A stretch of DNA of 64,000 nt, taken from Octopus bimaculoides. Taxonomy: Eukaryota. A program made the position numbers and the translations under genes. The stretch is taken from NCBI RefSeq assembly GCF_001194135.2, contig NC_068990.1, positions 5,154,028-5,218,027 of the forward strand. Direction: 5' to 3'. Shown in pieces: positions 63,902 to 64,000 of this stretch. The first letter of the stretch is position 1; every line of letters begins with the position of its first letter. The notes beneath the pieces were generated by a model. It was not told the DNA's origin, ran no database searches, and was given only the letters and a program-made list of their open reading frames with translations.

Positions 63902-64000
63902 CTCTTTAAATCTACAACATTCTCTATACTTTATGATTTTGGTGAAGATGACAAATTTGTTTTGGAATGATGGTAGTCTCTCGTAGAGTCTGAGAAAGAC
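63902..64000 (-). CDS. Candidate exon running off the window end
   Basis: Strong minus-strand donor GAG|GTAAGC at 63902/63901; one frame is open over all 99 nt (VFLRLYERLPSF...CRFKE). Acceptor not visible. Confidence 0.25.

Overview
AT-rich, repeat-dense eukaryotic DNA from a draft assembly with eight N gaps, most flanked by (TA)n or (CA)n. The SINE families look like those of Octopus (recognised from memory, not from a search). No complete protein-coding gene, rRNA, tRNA gene or CRISPR array is supported. Host-gene evidence is limited to a probable plus-strand terminal exon (890-1358), a CpG-rich candidate promoter with a first exon (~50.8-51.0 kb) and a few possible small exons. Most recognisable sequence is transposon debris: four SINE families, RTE, CR1-like and RLE-type LINE remnants, a Penelope-like fragment, several Tc1/mariner and hAT derivatives or MITEs, a possible Helitron end, and micro/minisatellites. 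The most unusual signal is a 144-bp palindrome (51143-51286) built from two inverted, decayed minimal hammerhead-ribozyme motifs, with a related single arm at 60813-60892 that shows compensatory stem changes. SINE and LINE boundaries are read by eye and are approximate unless a target-site duplication (TSD) is given.
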